Source of the DNA: an uncultured virus (IMG/VR IMGVR_UViG_3300032167_000096)
Taxonomy: Duplodnaviria; Heunggongvirae; Uroviricota; Caudoviricetes
IMG/VR virus record: IMGVR_UViG_3300032167_000096
Coordinates: 1-64,000 of that record
DNA: 64,000 nucleotides
Reading direction: 5' to 3' (one strand)
This document shows, piece after piece, positions 18,382 to 28,385 of this stretch. The notes beneath the pieces were generated by a model. The model saw only the letters and a program-made list of their open reading frames with translations. It was not told the origin of the DNA and did no database searches. How positions within the stretch are numbered: position 1 is the stretch's first letter; each line of letters begins with the position of its first letter. The position numbers were made by a program, and so were the translations under genes.

Positions 18382-19587
18382 TTATTCCTCCGTATCTATG
18401 CAATCAGCTGTCTGATTATATATAACAATACTTAATCTTTTGGTTTGAAGGACAATAAGATATACATATCCATCATGATGCAAATACTGCATTGTAATAC
18501 CTTCGGATTCATTGCTAAATCCACCAATTGCAAGATCAATGTCTGGATTGACTGATTTAAAATATTTATAAATAGAATTAATCTTATCAATAGCATCTTC
18601 ATCATAAACATTGAATCCATGACATCTATAGGATTTGTTTTCGACAAGAGAGCCGTTTTGTTCTTTAAATCTATTGTCTTTGATAATTCCATAATAGAGA
18701 TCTCCGCGATTTGCTTCACAATCGATAGCTATATTTATACTATTACCATCGAGCTCGAGACATGCCAAATCTTGTTTATATCCATTAAGAATTGTAGGGA
18801 AATCAAATTGACCATCTACATAATCTTTTACGCAATCTCTAATTCTTTGGGAAGAACTAATTCTATCTGGTTGCTTATGGGATCCATAATGAATATTATC
18901 AAATCTAGCATTTGCAAGAATAAAGAAAAACTCATGTAGTCGCATCTTATTGCAGCTACCCGGATTGCAATTTTTAATAATATCATATTCAAGAATCCAG
19001 TTATATGGATCATTCTTAAATTCAGTCGCATGATATATACTAGGAATTACATATCCGTGATCGTCAAAATATTCAACGAGCTTATAGTAAGCATTTATGA
19101 GATGAATAATATCTCTTGTTCCCTCATAGTTTTCTTCTTTGTATTCATGCTCCCATAAATCTCTAAGAAATTCGGTAAAGTGATGCATAACTCGTTTAAA
19201 ATGAATTACATCCATTTTATAACTATGAGCATCCACTATTACATTAAAAAGTCCATCTCTAATGACTTTGATTTGATATTCAGGATAAATTTCGTAATCA
19301 TTAAAGTCTTCAACGATTTCAAGTTCACAAATAGGTACAATAGTTGTACCATTATTATCCTTCATTTGGCCAATATAAATAGAGCTAATATAAACATCTT
19401 TTAGCAAACTATAATTACAAAGTCCATGGAAGAATTCAAAAACCTCAATCGCCGTTGGATAATAGCGTCCTTCAGATTCTTTATCTTTAAGATACTTTGT
19501 ATAAAGCGATTCTGTTCTAGAATCGTTTATATTGATATCAAATCGTATATTGCCTTTATCATAGGCGAGTAGATCAATTAATCGCAT
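18382..19587 (-). CDS. Hypothetical protein
   Basis: 401-aa ORF packed in operon. Confidence 0.7.
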   Translation of the reverse strand: MRLIDLLAYDKGNIRFDININDSRTESLYTKYLKDKESEGRYYPTAIEVFEFFHGLCNYSLLKDVYISSIYIGQMKDNNGTTIVPICELEIVEDFNDYEIYPEYQIKVIRDGLFNVIVDAHSYKMDVIHFKRVMHHFTEFLRDLWEHEYKEENYEGTRDIIHLINAYYKLVEYFDDHGYVIPSIYHATEFKNDPYNWILEYDIIKNCNPGSCNKMRLHEFFFILANARFDNIHYGSHKQPDRISSSQRIRDCVKDYVDGQFDFPTILNGYKQDLACLELDGNSINIAIDCEANRGDLYYGIIKDNRFKEQNGSLVENKSYRCHGFNVYDEDAIDKINSIYKYFKSVNPDIDLAIGGFSNESEGITMQYLHHDGYVYLIVLQTKRLSIVIYNQTADCIDTEE

Positions 19588-20108
19588 GGCGTTCCATCCT
19601 CCTCATATAACTCACATATATTACAATAGCCTATATAATCTGTAAGAATACCTATATCTTCTATAGTGCTTCTGTTGGCAAGACTACATCTTACAAAAGT
19701 TAAGGCAATGCCAAGGCAGTTCTGTCCCTTACCATTGCACATACCCCAGTAATTATCGCCCCATGTGTTCCCTTCTACTAAAAGGGCATCTCCTGTATCA
19801 ATAAGCTTTTGTTTAAGATCAGGATTCTGCTCAAATTTCTTGTAAAGAATATCGAGCATAGTATGGAATCTTATTGAATTCCATTCTTCGACATTAATTT
19901 TAACAGATCTTCCAAGCCGTTTGGCTGCTGAAGGATCAAGATTAACGAATTCATCAGCGCGACTTGGATCTTTTTGAGCATGAAATGCAGCTTCAGAATT
20001 GAGATAAGTTCGTCCGTTGTAAGTAACCCTAGCTGGATAAAAGTTGCTAAGGAAGTAATATTCTCCCTCGAACTTGCCAATGATTTTGTGTCCATCGAAT
20101 TCATGCAT
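19578..20108 (-). CDS. NADAR (YbiA-like) family protein
   Basis: YFLSNFYP, SEAAFHAQK, AKRLGR, KFEQNPDL, LIDTGDALLVEG, DNYWG, GKGQNCLG. Confidence 0.92.
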   Translation of the reverse strand: MHEFDGHKIIGKFEGEYYFLSNFYPARVTYNGRTYLNSEAAFHAQKDPSRADEFVNLDPSAAKRLGRSVKINVEEWNSIRFHTMLDILYKKFEQNPDLKQKLIDTGDALLVEGNTWGDNYWGMCNGKGQNCLGIALTFVRCSLANRSTIEDIGILTDYIGYCNICELYEEDGTPCD

Positions 20109-20124
20109 TATAATTCTCCTTTCA

Positions 20125-21174
20125 TTATATGCGTTGATTTTTGATTATTTCTTTTATCTCATCATCGGATTTTCCAATAAGTTTTTCATGGAAATGATCA
20201 CGGATATTAATAAGAGATTTTTGACGAAGATTATACAAAGCCTGTACCATTTTAGGATTGTCTTTATATGCAATCATCGTAGCCATAGCTTTTGTGCCCA
20301 AGCCAGTCCTAGGCTTAAGAAGCTTATAAATTCCATAATTATTTTGGCTGCATATATATGGAATATCCATAACTCCTTGCGGAATAAGTAAAAGATTTTG
20401 AATATGTGAGCTAAGAATAAATTTATAATCTGTCCATTCTTCAAAATTAAGATTTTCATTTTCAATCTTTCTAAGATATGAATTGCCCCATCCAATGGAA
20501 GAGTTAAATAATTCTACAATTCTTGGAACTGACATTTTTCCATTATAGTAAAGATTGTAAAAAATAGCCATCTTGGTTAACGTGGTTAAATAATCTTCAT
20601 CTCTTAAAAGATTATTTACACCTTGATTGCTATACATTCTTAAGACTTCATCAAAGTCCGGATTGATAATAGATTGAAGCTTATCCTGGACAGCATTATA
20701 ATCAGATAACTCTTCTAACTCAGGAATGCCATTTTCAGCAATATCCATAAGCTGATGAGCATGATAAAGATAAATCTTTTCAAGCTCTCCTTTATGGATA
20801 AGCCAATAGACTAATTCGTTTCTAGATGATGGAAGAATATCACATTTTTCTTCTATCATAGAAACAACTTCATCTATATTCATTTCATATAGATCTCGGA
20901 AATTTTTCTTACAGTTTTTGATAAGCTGTTCATAAAGCTTAGCGGGCAATACAAACATTGCATCCGGTTCTATTTTTATAGTAGAACCATCTCTGTATAT
21001 AACTTGCTGATATTTGATATTGAAGTTATACATAATATCATAGCCAGATACTACGTAAGATTTTGCTTGTGATTGACTACAGTCTAAAAGTTTTGAAATA
21101 TATTCATTGGACTTGCCTTGTCTATGAAGATAATTTGCATAAACTTTCTTTTTCATTAAAGAAATATTCTCCAT
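20125..21174 (-). CDS. Hypothetical protein with N-terminal HTH-like segment
   Basis: RQGKSNEYISKLLDCSQSQAKSYV resembles an HTH. Confidence 0.55.
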   Translation of the reverse strand: MENISLMKKKVYANYLHRQGKSNEYISKLLDCSQSQAKSYVVSGYDIMYNFNIKYQQVIYRDGSTIKIEPDAMFVLPAKLYEQLIKNCKKNFRDLYEMNIDEVVSMIEEKCDILPSSRNELVYWLIHKGELEKIYLYHAHQLMDIAENGIPELEELSDYNAVQDKLQSIINPDFDEVLRMYSNQGVNNLLRDEDYLTTLTKMAIFYNLYYNGKMSVPRIVELFNSSIGWGNSYLRKIENENLNFEEWTDYKFILSSHIQNLLLIPQGVMDIPYICSQNNYGIYKLLKPRTGLGTKAMATMIAYKDNPKMVQALYNLRQKSLINIRDHFHEKLIGKSDDEIKEIIKNQRI

Positions 21175-21241
21175 TTTTATTCTCCTTATTTTTGTTTACT
21201 TGTTTGTGAGCGATCATATAAAAATAGAAAGAGAGGATGAA

Positions 21242-21622
21242 TTACTCATCCTCTCTCATTTTAATAGGACCAATATAGATTTTATGATTTTGAAATTCTT
21301 TGAGTTTAGATGCCTGAATAGCATTACATTTCCCCATATGAAAATCAAACCATATAGAAATACAACCGCTTATCTTGCACAACCATTCTGTAAAGTCTGC
21401 ATACCATTCGGGTGGGCACATATCAGAAAGTTGTTTTCTATCTGTAAGATTAAGCTTTTTCATACAGATTTCAATAAGCTTATTTTGATGAGATGGTACA
21501 GCATATTCTACCGTACCATCTTCATACATAACAGCCTCTAAATAAGCTGTAAATGTTTTCTTATGCCTTTCAATAGAGAAAGGACTATGAAGAGTTTCGT
21601 AAATTTGATCGGAGTTTGCCAT
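21242..21622 (-). CDS. Hypothetical protein
   Basis: 126-aa ORF, RBS; YLEAVMYEDGTVEYAVPSHQ motif. Confidence 0.7.
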   Translation of the reverse strand: MANSDQIYETLHSPFSIERHKKTFTAYLEAVMYEDGTVEYAVPSHQNKLIEICMKKLNLTDRKQLSDMCPPEWYADFTEWLCKISGCISIWFDFHMGKCNAIQASKLKEFQNHKIYIGPIKMREDE

Positions 21623-21639
21623 TATAATTTACCCTCCTA

Positions 21640-22068
21640 TCACAGACCCAATAATCCAGTAGCTCCTCCAATATCTTCTACTTTAATATTCTGATAGTAT
21701 GCGAGAATATTTATGATAGTACTAAGATTGGATTTGAGGCTATTTACAGTAAACTTTAGACTTTCGATTTTATCGAGTTCGGCTCTCAAAGCAATAATAC
21801 AATTTTCAGTATTATCATATACAGTCTTCATAGTGAAAAAGTCAATTGCTTGCTGAGCTGTATCGAAAATATGATATAATGCGATATCTCCTTTTCTTCT
21901 ATCTTTTAAGATATCATTAAAATCGATTCTTTGGGCACCATTGAAATCAGTATAGGCATCGATAAGAAGAAATTTTCCCTTACCTTTAATTTCGTGCTGC
22001 TCGAGTTTGAAAATATAGGCAACTACAATGCCCTCATTGCCATCTAAGATTCTTTTCGATAGTTTCAT
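21640..22068 (-). CDS. Hypothetical protein, tandem paralog family copy 3
   Basis: N-terminus MKL...GIVVAYIFKLE aligns with the two upstream genes. Confidence 0.65.
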   Translation of the reverse strand: MKLSKRILDGNEGIVVAYIFKLEQHEIKGKGKFLLIDAYTDFNGAQRIDFNDILKDRRKGDIALYHIFDTAQQAIDFFTMKTVYDNTENCIIALRAELDKIESLKFTVNSLKSNLSTIINILAYYQNIKVEDIGGATGLLGL

Positions 22069-22478
22069 GATTTAAATACCTCATCGAAATAATATTTGTT
22101 ATCATGGAGAGTTTGATGCAATCCAACAAGTCTTAATACAATATCCTCTCTAGACATTGCATTAAAACTATTAAGAATTTCGCACACTGAAGATTTGGCA
22201 AATTCGATAATAGCATTTCTTGTGTGAGAAACAATATTAGCTTTTGCCTCTTCTTCAGAATTGCAAATTTTAAAAATTTTGCATTCAGGAGTATGGCTTG
22301 CTGCTGTATAATTAGCAAGAGTTGCTCCATCTTTAAGCATAATATCTGTTGCAAGATATCTTGCCGCTTCCCTTCCAGGAAGAATATTGAGACCTACAAT
22401 ATCAATATCTTCCAAATACATAACTCTAGCAAAGATAATTCCATTATCTTTATCTACAAAATTTGATACAGGTTTCAT
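22065..22478 (-). CDS. Hypothetical protein, tandem paralog family copy 2
   Basis: MKPVSNFVDKDNGIIFARVMYLEDID...RYL..D...KIFKIC..EEEAK...YYF.EVF. Confidence 0.7.
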   Translation of the reverse strand: MKPVSNFVDKDNGIIFARVMYLEDIDIVGLNILPGREAARYLATDIMLKDGATLANYTAASHTPECKIFKICNSEEEAKANIVSHTRNAIIEFAKSSVCEILNSFNAMSREDIVLRLVGLHQTLHDNKYYFDEVFKS

Positions 22479-22900
22479 TAGTATAGATACTCCTTAAAAT
22501 AACAATCAAAATTTAGTTCATCAAAAGCATTTCCGATCATCTCTTGAACTTTTTGTAAATCTTTAGCGCTATCGTCTGCGGTATGCCACGTATTCATTAG
22601 CTCAAAGAGAATCCTTCTAGCTTTTAAGTTTGCTGTACTAGATACAGCTGCGGCTAAATATTCTTTCGCTTCACACAATGATGAGCAAAGCTTAAACAGC
22701 TTCTTTTCAACAACAGATTTGGAAAAATATGTCTTGTAGTCATTTACGTCTTTTGACTCTAGCTCAAAATCAACTACAAGGTATCTAGGAGGAATATGAC
22801 CTTCTACAATCATACCCTGCAAATCGCTATCCTCTAAGAATAGAATTTGTGCTTTTGTTTCATCTGTTCGTTTGTTAACAAATTTTGCTACTAATTTCAT
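22478..22900 (-). CDS. Hypothetical protein, tandem paralog family copy 1
   Basis: MKLVAKFVNKRTDETKAQILFLEDSD...RYL..D...KLFKLC...EAK...CYFKEYL; early motif at 22939-22948. Confidence 0.7.
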   Translation of the reverse strand: MKLVAKFVNKRTDETKAQILFLEDSDLQGMIVEGHIPPRYLVVDFELESKDVNDYKTYFSKSVVEKKLFKLCSSLCEAKEYLAAAVSSTANLKARRILFELMNTWHTADDSAKDLQKVQEMIGNAFDELNFDCYFKEYLY

Positions 22901-22996
22901 AAATTCATTCTCCTTTGAAATTTATTTTTATTCATAGTTATAGTATATAGTCAAAAAATAAAAGGCTAGCATAGAAAAATGCTAGCCTTAAATATT

Positions 22997-25555
22997 TTAA
23001 AATACAGGATCGGAAAGTTTAGATTTGTCAGCATCAAGACAAAGGGTAAGATTGTACAAACTTTGCATAGCTTCTTTATCAGACTTTCTAATGCCTCTTC
23101 CTCCAAGAGTAAAGAAATGAGCCTTGCTATTAAGTTGTTCTGCAAGTTCTTCATTAGCTTCTTCAGAGAAAACGCCTTTTACAGTTGTTTGGTCACCATC
23201 CTAAAAGTTTATGATTCGCAAAATCAATCTCATATTTCTATGAGTGTCGGACTATATCATGCATTTCTGCCCTCCTGCTTCGAAATACCATATGCTTGTA
23301 TTCCTACTCCTTACGGATAGTCTCTGAACTTTGATCAATTTTAACTGAATGGTATTATTTTTGGAATATTGTACTCTTTGCTTACATGCTTCCATCTGTG
23401 GCCTCTAGCTATATGCGATAAATTATATCTCATATTTTCCGTAGGCTCTAATCCTGCGGCAATAATAGCATCCTTATAAGAAGCTCCATTTTCGATAGCT
23501 GATAACATTATTCGAACTTCTGCTTCTTTTAATTTCGACATACCATTATTTTCTCCATAAGTAGAATAACCATCAGACCAGTATTTGGACGCTTGTAGCT
23601 GATCTTGATTATGATTTTTATTAGCTAATTCATGTAAAATATTTTCTTCTTTAGTAACCCATTCCAAATTTTCAGATAAATTATCATATCTTTTTAAATT
23701 TTTATGATTAACTTCAGTTAATAATGTAGGATTTGAATTTTCAATAAATGCTATTGCAACCAATCTATGGATATAAAATGATGCTCTTCCGCCTTTTTGT
23801 AATGATAATTGCACTGTAAAATATCCATTACTTATAGCTGGTTTTAGTGGTCGATTAATTACTTTGCTAAATACTCGACCAAAATTGCTAATCAAATATT
23901 GATTTTCTTTTATTCCGAGAAAATTTATATCTTTCCATTCTTCGAATATCATGGGTTGTATTAGCATCTATATATCACCTCCATTTTCTTGATCCTTAGC
24001 TGCTGATTGCCATGCATTCTATATTATAATATATAGACATGTTTAGGTTTCCAGCAATTCAAGAGGTTTTACGACTACAATGGTGAGGTTTATAGTCGCC
24101 GCCGATACCTTCAAGATACAAATTACTTATATTAAGTGTATCAATAAATCTATTTGATGTATCTTTTCCTATATCATCTTGACGGATTTTTGGATAATTT
24201 TTATAAAACCTAGAACCAAGTACCATTGGCTCAGTAATTGTTGTTGAAGAAATTTTAACCTTTGTTGGGAACTGATTGAAATAGGAATCTATAGGATACC
24301 TGGTAATTAGTATATGTCTATCTTTCACAGATTCCACTGCTGCTTGATATAATATGTCGCACCAAGTTAAATCTCTTTCCATTATAGGCAATTTTCCAAC
24401 ATCAGATTTTGCATACTCTTCTGCGGTCATATTATGGCCTTTAAATCTTAGTCTTACGGTAATTCCTTCTACAGTAGGAACTTCGATAGGAATAAAACGA
24501 TTTGAGAAGCCTGTACAAAATCTATCAATCTCTTTCTTAATTCTCTCATCAGAGAATTCTACTTGGTAATCCTTTGGATGTAAGTATGTAACTTTACCTC
24601 CTTTGACATATGGAATAACAGCATCTCCAGAGAATTCATTCTCAAAGAAACGCCTTACATTATAAACCATAAAGGGAAGGAAATTTACGCATGCTGAAGC
24701 CAAAGGAAGAACAGAATAATCCAAATCTGCTTCTACATCATCTAGTTTTTCAACCTTCAGTTCAGGAGCCGAAAGAACAAGACGAGAAGCATAGTCTGTT
24801 GTTTTACTCATAACAGCTCTACGAAGTACGCCAGTCTTTCCTGGAATAATATTAGTGGTTTTCTCACCACCAATAGTAGTACCAGATCCAAACCAATCAT
24901 AGATTTGTACAAGCGTTTCTTGTACACGACCACGAGTAGCTGCATTGAGGTTTAATCCATATTCTGAAGATTCTTTAAGAGCTTTAACAAAAATAAGAAG
25001 ATTTCTATATAATTCATTAATAGCTCCAACAGAGACATGGCCTTTTTCTGTATTAACGTCTCTATAGTATGCAGGACATACTATAAATTTCTTAATAAAC
25101 ATTTCCGGCTGTCCAATATACTTTTCAAGAAATTGAACTCTCATATCACGCTGTCTAGAATCTGTCCGTTTAAATTTTATCTTATCAATATTTTTATGAA
25201 GAAATGCAATACCATTTTCTCCATCAGGGTCTTCGACTAATTCACCTTTATCATTGATCTTGAAGGTCTTAATGCCATGAATACAATCTTTAATTGCAGA
25301 ATCTACCTTGACCCACATTTTATAAATTAAAGGATTTAAGAAGTATTCACCAAGATCAATATATGCAAAGGTATTAGCTCTATCATACTTAGTAATTCCA
25401 AAGATCTCATTAGATAGCAATCCATCTGGTGTAGGAACAGAATTCCTTACAAAGAAAACAGGATTTGTAATCTCTTTAAGATCATTTACTTTGACTAATC
25501 TTTCAGGATCTATCAGATTAACTCTGAGATGATCACCAGAAAATATATCTGCCAT
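22997..25555 (-). CDS. Multisubunit RNA polymerase beta'-like N-terminal/catalytic subunit, probably virion RNAP (phiKZ gp180-like); intron-split, exon1 25555-24092, exon2 23200-22997; 555 aa spliced
   Basis: DGLLSNEIFG, PAYYRD, GKTGVLRRAVMSKTTDYASRLVLS, ITRYP motifs; splicing restores GGDY|DGDQTTVKGVFSEEANEE, the DxDGD catalytic motif. Exon 2 is absent from the ORF track. Confidence 0.92.
23201..24091 (-). ncRNA. Group I intron with homing endonuclease ORF
   Basis: P1 CGACUAU|...GUAGUCG with U.G; P AAUUGCUGGAAA, Q AAUCAGCAGC, R GUUCAGAGACUA, S AUGAUAUAGUC; ends ...CUUUUAG. Confidence 0.93.
23341..23967 (-). CDS. Intron-encoded HNH homing endonuclease (NUMOD4-like + HNH + HTH; I-HmuI-like)
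   Basis: EEWKDI...YLISNFGRVFS, YIHRLVAIAFI, VNHKNLKRYDN..NLEWVT, GENNGMSKL, RWKHV; own GGAGGT RBS; lies between the Q and R elements. Confidence 0.92.
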   Translation of the reverse strand: MLIQPMIFEEWKDINFLGIKENQYLISNFGRVFSKVINRPLKPAISNGYFTVQLSLQKGGRASFYIHRLVAIAFIENSNPTLLTEVNHKNLKRYDNLSENLEWVTKEENILHELANKNHNQDQLQASKYWSDGYSTYGENNGMSKLKEAEVRIMLSAIENGASYKDAIIAAGLEPTENMRYNLSHIARGHRWKHVSKEYNIPKIIPFS

Positions 25556-25627
25556 TTTGCATCACCTCTCTTAATAATATGTGAAGACATTAAATCGCGA
25601 CGTTGACAAAAGCAAAAAGCTGCCTCA

Positions 25628-25939
25628 TTAAGAGGCAGCTTTAATAGTTGTGATTACTTTAACGCCGGATAATGTCATATCGATATTGTAATCATTATTA
25701 TAGACAGAGAACGATGATCCATTTAAACTGTTGAATAGAGCATCAGCATCCTCTTCGCTATCCATTACAATTGTAAAGGTTGCTACTGGAGAGTCATTAT
25801 CTGCATATATATTCAAATCCTGTCTATGACCGACAAGATTGTAAAGAACCATTATCTCATCAAAAAATCTGGTTACAACAAGCGAAAGATTATCCGAACT
25901 GAAGTTTTGGATAAAATTTGCTGTATTCATCGGCTTCAT
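25628..25939 (-). CDS. Hypothetical protein
   Basis: 103-aa ORF with AGGAGG RBS. Confidence 0.65.
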   Translation of the reverse strand: MKPMNTANFIQNFSSDNLSLVVTRFFDEIMVLYNLVGHRQDLNIYADNDSPVATFTIVMDSEEDADALFNSLNGSSFSVYNNDYNIDMTLSGVKVITTIKAAS

Positions 25940-25957
25940 TAGCCTCCTTATTGTATT

Positions 25958-26242
25958 TTAAAATCCTCCATCTGCCATGTCTTCGAAGGCATCTTCGAGG
26001 GCTTCGGCTTCTAATGGAGCCGCGATTGGAGCTTTGTCTGCGGGTTTCGTTTGTTGTCTTTCATCAGATGGATTATACGGCCTAGTTGGAATATACGGCT
26101 TTCCTCCACGGTTAGCCCGTTCTTCAGCTTTACGTTCCTCTTCTTCTTGTTTCTTTCTTTCCTCCTCAGCCTTAGCTTGTGCCTCAGCTCTTTCAAGGAC
26201 AATTTTATAGAGTTCATGCAGCTCTCGGAACGGGCGTTCCAT
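25958..26242 (-). CDS. Probable -1 frameshift extension of the upstream chaperone gene
   Basis: No RBS before the ATG; frame stays open upstream to about 26348 and overlaps the end of 26299..27960 at C-TTT-TTA. Confidence 0.55.
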   Translation of the reverse strand: MERPFRELHELYKIVLERAEAQAKAEEERKKQEEEERKAEERANRGGKPYIPTRPYNPSDERQQTKPADKAPIAAPLEAEALEDAFEDMADGGF

Positions 26243-26298
26243 TAAATCTAAGACGCTTACACGACCTTTTAAATAGGTGGCAATCGTCTCGACGTATT

Positions 26299-27960
26299 CT
26301 ACATACTGCCGATAGCTGCCAACTGATGCCGTGTAAAAAGCATGCCGTCAGGCGTCATTTCAGTATTCTCGGGAATAGCAGTTGCACACTCGGGGCAAGT
26401 AGTAGCGGGAATACGATAAGAAATGGCACTACTGTCATTATCATAGCCATTAATCTTGCTTCTGAGGAGATAGAAGTCCTCGGAGCTAAGGGTGCGAATG
26501 ACATCATAGAAAGCCTTCACACGACGAGCGGAAGTCTTAGCCTGGTCATTCGGATCCGGCTTAGTATCAATAGGAATAAGGGTCTCATTAGCCTCATCAA
26601 TAACGTAAATGGTATCGATAAATGCCACAACATCGATGAGATCCTGATGCTTCTCAAGGAACTGGTCATTGAGGCTTGCGGTCTCGATAATAACATTCCA
26701 GATAGAAGGAGTACGAAGTGCAAATACATAATCATTAGATACCTGAACAAGGTCAACTTCATAACTATCATTGCTAGCAGAAGTAGTATCCATCTTCAGC
26801 ATATCCTGAACTTCCTTCTTAACCTTATCATCGGCGTATACGATCATATCCTCAAAACTTACGTCTCTAAGGAAGATCTTACCACAATTGGGGCAGCTGT
26901 AGTTTACGAAATTAGAGCCACCAAAGGTTGCCTTATAAAGACCGAAATAAATATGAGTCATGTCAATAAATCTTGTCTGCTTGAGCCAAACTTCGAAGTC
27001 AGGCTTATTTGCATCAAGAATATGATCATAAATAACACGATACATATCGCGGAAAGTATTAAGTCTATTACGATTTGTATTATCAGGGTTAAGCTTAAGA
27101 ATCTCAGGTCCGGACAAAGCGGTAGCAGAGAAAGGACGCTTAGCTCCATACAGAACCCAGTCAGCTACATTTACATTACCCTGAGTAGCCATCTTCATAA
27201 CCTTAGAAATACTTACAGCTTTCTTAGAAATAGAGAACTTGGAAAGGTCATAAGCCTTCTTAATAGGCTGAATCTTCTCCTTTACTTCAGCCTTAAGCTC
27301 TTCGATTCTTCTCTCATTAGAACCGTCATCGATAGTAGAATCAGCATCATCTTCATCATCATCACCAAAGAGATCAAAATCCTTAGTATTCGCCAGAATA
27401 GATGCTCTTTCAGATTCGATTTCTGCCTTTTCATCATCTGCAGTATTTGCAACTACAGTAGCAGATTCTTCAGTAGCAGTTGTAGTAGATTCCTCCTTCT
27501 GAGGAACTCTAATAGCAGCTCTAGTTACAGAAGTCTTAACTGCAGGGATTTCAACATCTTTATCATCATAAAGACCAAAATCCTCATCATCATTTGTAGA
27601 GGTAGAAGTAGTACTGGTCTTATCGCTGCTATCTACATCGGCTAGATAAGCTTCTTCATCTCTACGATCAATTTCATCTGCCTGAGCTTCTCTGATTGCT
27701 TCCATGCGCTCAGTAATACTCTGGCATTCCTTATCGACAGCTGCATCAAGCTCTGCAAAGAGCTCATCTCCAGCATCGGATACTTCCTCCTTCTTAGGGA
27801 GAATAGAAGCCACATCAACTCTCTCCATATTATCAAGAGATACAGGAGTAGGAATTGCACTTTCTGCAGGCTTCGTAGGTTTAACAGTGAGATCAATAGT
27901 GGATGTACGAGGAGCTCTGTCCATCATATCACCCAGCGAAACATTCTTGTTCTCAGACAT
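26299..27960 (-). CDS. Baseplate-hub/tail assembly chaperone-like protein (T4 gp26/gp51-like C-terminal part, long acidic N-terminus)
   Basis: Two CxxC pairs (SCPNCG, TCPECA), LRTPSI, ends ...GMLFTRHQL; strong codon bias; adjacent to gp25-like gene. Confidence 0.6.
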   Translation of the reverse strand: MSENKNVSLGDMMDRAPRTSTIDLTVKPTKPAESAIPTPVSLDNMERVDVASILPKKEEVSDAGDELFAELDAAVDKECQSITERMEAIREAQADEIDRRDEEAYLADVDSSDKTSTTSTSTNDDEDFGLYDDKDVEIPAVKTSVTRAAIRVPQKEESTTTATEESATVVANTADDEKAEIESERASILANTKDFDLFGDDDEDDADSTIDDGSNERRIEELKAEVKEKIQPIKKAYDLSKFSISKKAVSISKVMKMATQGNVNVADWVLYGAKRPFSATALSGPEILKLNPDNTNRNRLNTFRDMYRVIYDHILDANKPDFEVWLKQTRFIDMTHIYFGLYKATFGGSNFVNYSCPNCGKIFLRDVSFEDMIVYADDKVKKEVQDMLKMDTTSASNDSYEVDLVQVSNDYVFALRTPSIWNVIIETASLNDQFLEKHQDLIDVVAFIDTIYVIDEANETLIPIDTKPDPNDQAKTSARRVKAFYDVIRTLSSEDFYLLRSKINGYDNDSSAISYRIPATTCPECATAIPENTEMTPDGMLFTRHQLAAIGSM

Positions 27961-27974
27961 GATTAATTTCCTCC

Positions 27975-28355
27975 TTAAAGATCATTCAAACTTGCATAAT
28001 TTGTTTTGATTTCGTTTGTATCTGAATCATAATTGATACCATAAAGATTTCCATCAATTTCTGCAGTAATCTGCAACTGTTTATCTCGTTCTGTTACAGT
28101 AATCTGCGTTTGAGAAAATTGAGGTAAATAGGTTTCGATCTGATTTTTAAAATCAGATTTGAGTTCTTCCGCAATGCCTTCCTGACTATATCTATATCTA
28201 GACATAAGTCCAACTCCAGCATCGGGGTGAGATTGAATAGTTCCAGGTTCAAGAAGTAGCAATCTTACAAGAAGAGTGGCTACAGCTTCAGGACCTTCAA
28301 CAATCTTAGGATTTTGAAAGTCATCAATTGAAAATAAAAATTCTTGAATTGCCAT
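27975..28355 (-). CDS. Baseplate wedge gp25-like protein
   Basis: LLLLEPGTIQSHPDAGVGL...QIETYLP resembles the gp25/GPW pattern; late promoter at 28387-28398. Confidence 0.6.
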   Translation of the reverse strand: MAIQEFLFSIDDFQNPKIVEGPEAVATLLVRLLLLEPGTIQSHPDAGVGLMSRYRYSQEGIAEELKSDFKNQIETYLPQFSQTQITVTERDKQLQITAEIDGNLYGINYDSDTNEIKTNYASLNDL

Positions 28356-28385
28356 ATATTCACCACCTAAATTTTTGGTAAATTT

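Noticed and set aside
22966..23320. Listed ORFs 22966..23154 (-) and 22979..23320 (+)
   Set aside because: Wrong frame or strand; the region is RNAP exon 2 plus the intron 3' core.
26179..27645. 488-aa plus-strand ORF (also 35094..35921 minus and 60716..61483 plus)
   Set aside because: Antisense to well-supported biased genes; same shadow effect.
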